Source: an uncultured Spirochaetota bacterium (GTDB lineage: Bacteria > Spirochaetota > Spirochaetia > SZUA-6 > Fen-1364). Taken from it: 64,000 nucleotides of DNA. The DNA is taken from positions 32,001-96,000 of the forward strand of contig CAWJSK010000014.1 of assembly GCA_963845535.1 (NCBI GenBank), in the 5' to 3' direction. Shown one piece after another: positions 62,986-64,000 of this stretch (positions are counted from its first letter, which is position 1; every line of letters starts with the position of its first letter). The notes below the pieces were generated by a model. The model was not told where the DNA came from and searched no databases. It saw nothing but the letters and a program-made list of their open reading frames with translations. The position numbers and the translations under genes were made by a program.

Positions 62986-63797
62986 TGAAGTCATTTCCCG
63001 CGTTCGGGATACTCCTCAAGTCTCGTTCTGATCGCGACGCACTCTATACGCTTCTGGAAAAGAACTCGGGCCTGCCGGGACCGCGAGGCAACCTGGAGCT
63101 CGCGTATTCCTTTGCCAAGGCCGTGGCTTCCATGAACCTCCAGGAGTGGCAGTGGGATATGATCCTTGCCATGGCTTCGACCTCTCCCAACAAGGCGCCG
63201 ACAAACACGCCCAAGGAATACCTCCCTTTCTGCGGCCTGCTTGCCCTGGGCGCCCTGTACGCAACGGGCCTGCCCAGGCCCAGGAAGCGCGCAGCTCTTG
63301 CCAGCATTCGCAAGGCCGCCTCTGACCCGCGTTGGCGGACGCGGGAGGCCGCGGCCATAGCGTTGCAGCTCATCGGAGAGCAGGATCGCGAGGCCCTCCG
63401 CCAGATCGTGGAGGAATGGCTTGCGGGCTCCACGCTTCTTGAGAAGCGCGCCATTGTCGCCGGGCTGGCCCATCCCCCCATTCTCGGCGACAAGCCGTTC
63501 GCGTTGTTCTGCCTCGAAGTCTCGGCCTCCATCCTGAAAGCGCTGCCCGGCACGGACTCGCAGGAGAGACGAAGCGATGAGTTTCGTGTACTGCGCCAGG
63601 GGCTGGGCTACGCTGTCAGCGTGTTCGTGGAGAAAGCACCGGAGGAAGGCTTCGCCCTGTTGCGGGAGGCCGCTTCTCTCAGGGATCCTGACGTGCGGTG
63701 GATCGTGAAGGAGAATTTGAAGAAAAACCGGATTGCCTCACGATTCCCGGCTGAAATACGGAAAATCGCCGAAATGGTTGCCGACAGGAAGGCTTGA
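62985..63797 (+). CDS. HEAT-repeat (DNA alkylation repair-like) protein
   Basis: SGLPGPRGNLEL, D.RWR.RE, W...ENLKK.R. Confidence 0.8.
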   Translation: MKSFPAFGILLKSRSDRDALYTLLEKNSGLPGPRGNLELAYSFAKAVASMNLQEWQWDMILAMASTSPNKAPTNTPKEYLPFCGLLALGALYATGLPRPRKRAALASIRKAASDPRWRTREAAAIALQLIGEQDREALRQIVEEWLAGSTLLEKRAIVAGLAHPPILGDKPFALFCLEVSASILKALPGTDSQERRSDEFRVLRQGLGYAVSVFVEKAPEEGFALLREAASLRDPDVRWIVKENLKKNRIASRFPAEIRKIAEMVADRKA

Positions 63798-63803
63798 GCC
63801 GTC

Positions 63804-64000
63804 TTACACCGTTGTGGGACCTGCGGCAGGTTTGACGTCCGCCCGGTAGTCCAGGAGGACCGGAGTGTCGCCTTCCAGACGCCAGAGGAACCGCTCGTCA
63901 GCAATGCCGTGATCGAACGTGGTCTCCATTTCCAGCCCTACTTCCGTGCCCTGCCCCGTTGACTCGCTTGCCTGGAATCCTCTCGAGACGGCTTTCCTCG
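63804..64000 (-). CDS. 3' end of a hypothetical protein (partial)
   Basis: Manual frame ...VGLEMETTFDHGIADERFLWRLEGDTPVLLDYRADVKPAAGPTTV*. Confidence 0.55.
   Translation of the reverse strand, partial: RKAVSRGFQASESTGQGTEVGLEMETTFDHGIADERFLWRLEGDTPVLLDYRADVKPAAGPTTV

Overview
High-GC (roughly 60-65% by eye) chromosomal segment, most likely from a free-living spirochaete (Spirochaetia). The basis is a FlcA-like collar gene next to a glycogen-binding-domain gene, many lipoproteins and a fused 2-oxoacid dehydrogenase E1. Content is mostly housekeeping: rlmE, oppA, fprA, carD-nth-mutT, HU, hisA, aroK, galU, PIN-PhoH, fabI, guaB, a two-component pair, E1/E2, trxA, an FMN-riboswitch-led ribD-ribE-ribBA-ribH operon, ssb, ilvE, a molybdopterin oxidoreductase and class II ribonucleotide reductase. 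About ten genes carry single-base frameshifts, mostly in short homopolymers, which points to long-read indel errors rather than biology. Points of interest: (1) a 167-aa mini-intein just before a conserved NrdJ Cys; (2) an uncharacterised two-gene nucleotidyltransferase TA-like cassette flanked by a perfect 23-bp direct repeat that duplicates the end of the upstream gene; (3) a HEPN/MNT pair; (4) an RHH-like gene missing from the ORF track, with a perfect 27-bp operator palindrome, at the left edge; (5) many apparently leaderless promoters; (6) short tandem repeats abutting -35 boxes; (7) a probable ATC start codon; (8) a HExxH lipoprotein. No CRISPR array, tRNA, rRNA or transposase was seen. 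All calls come from motif reading only; no searches were run.
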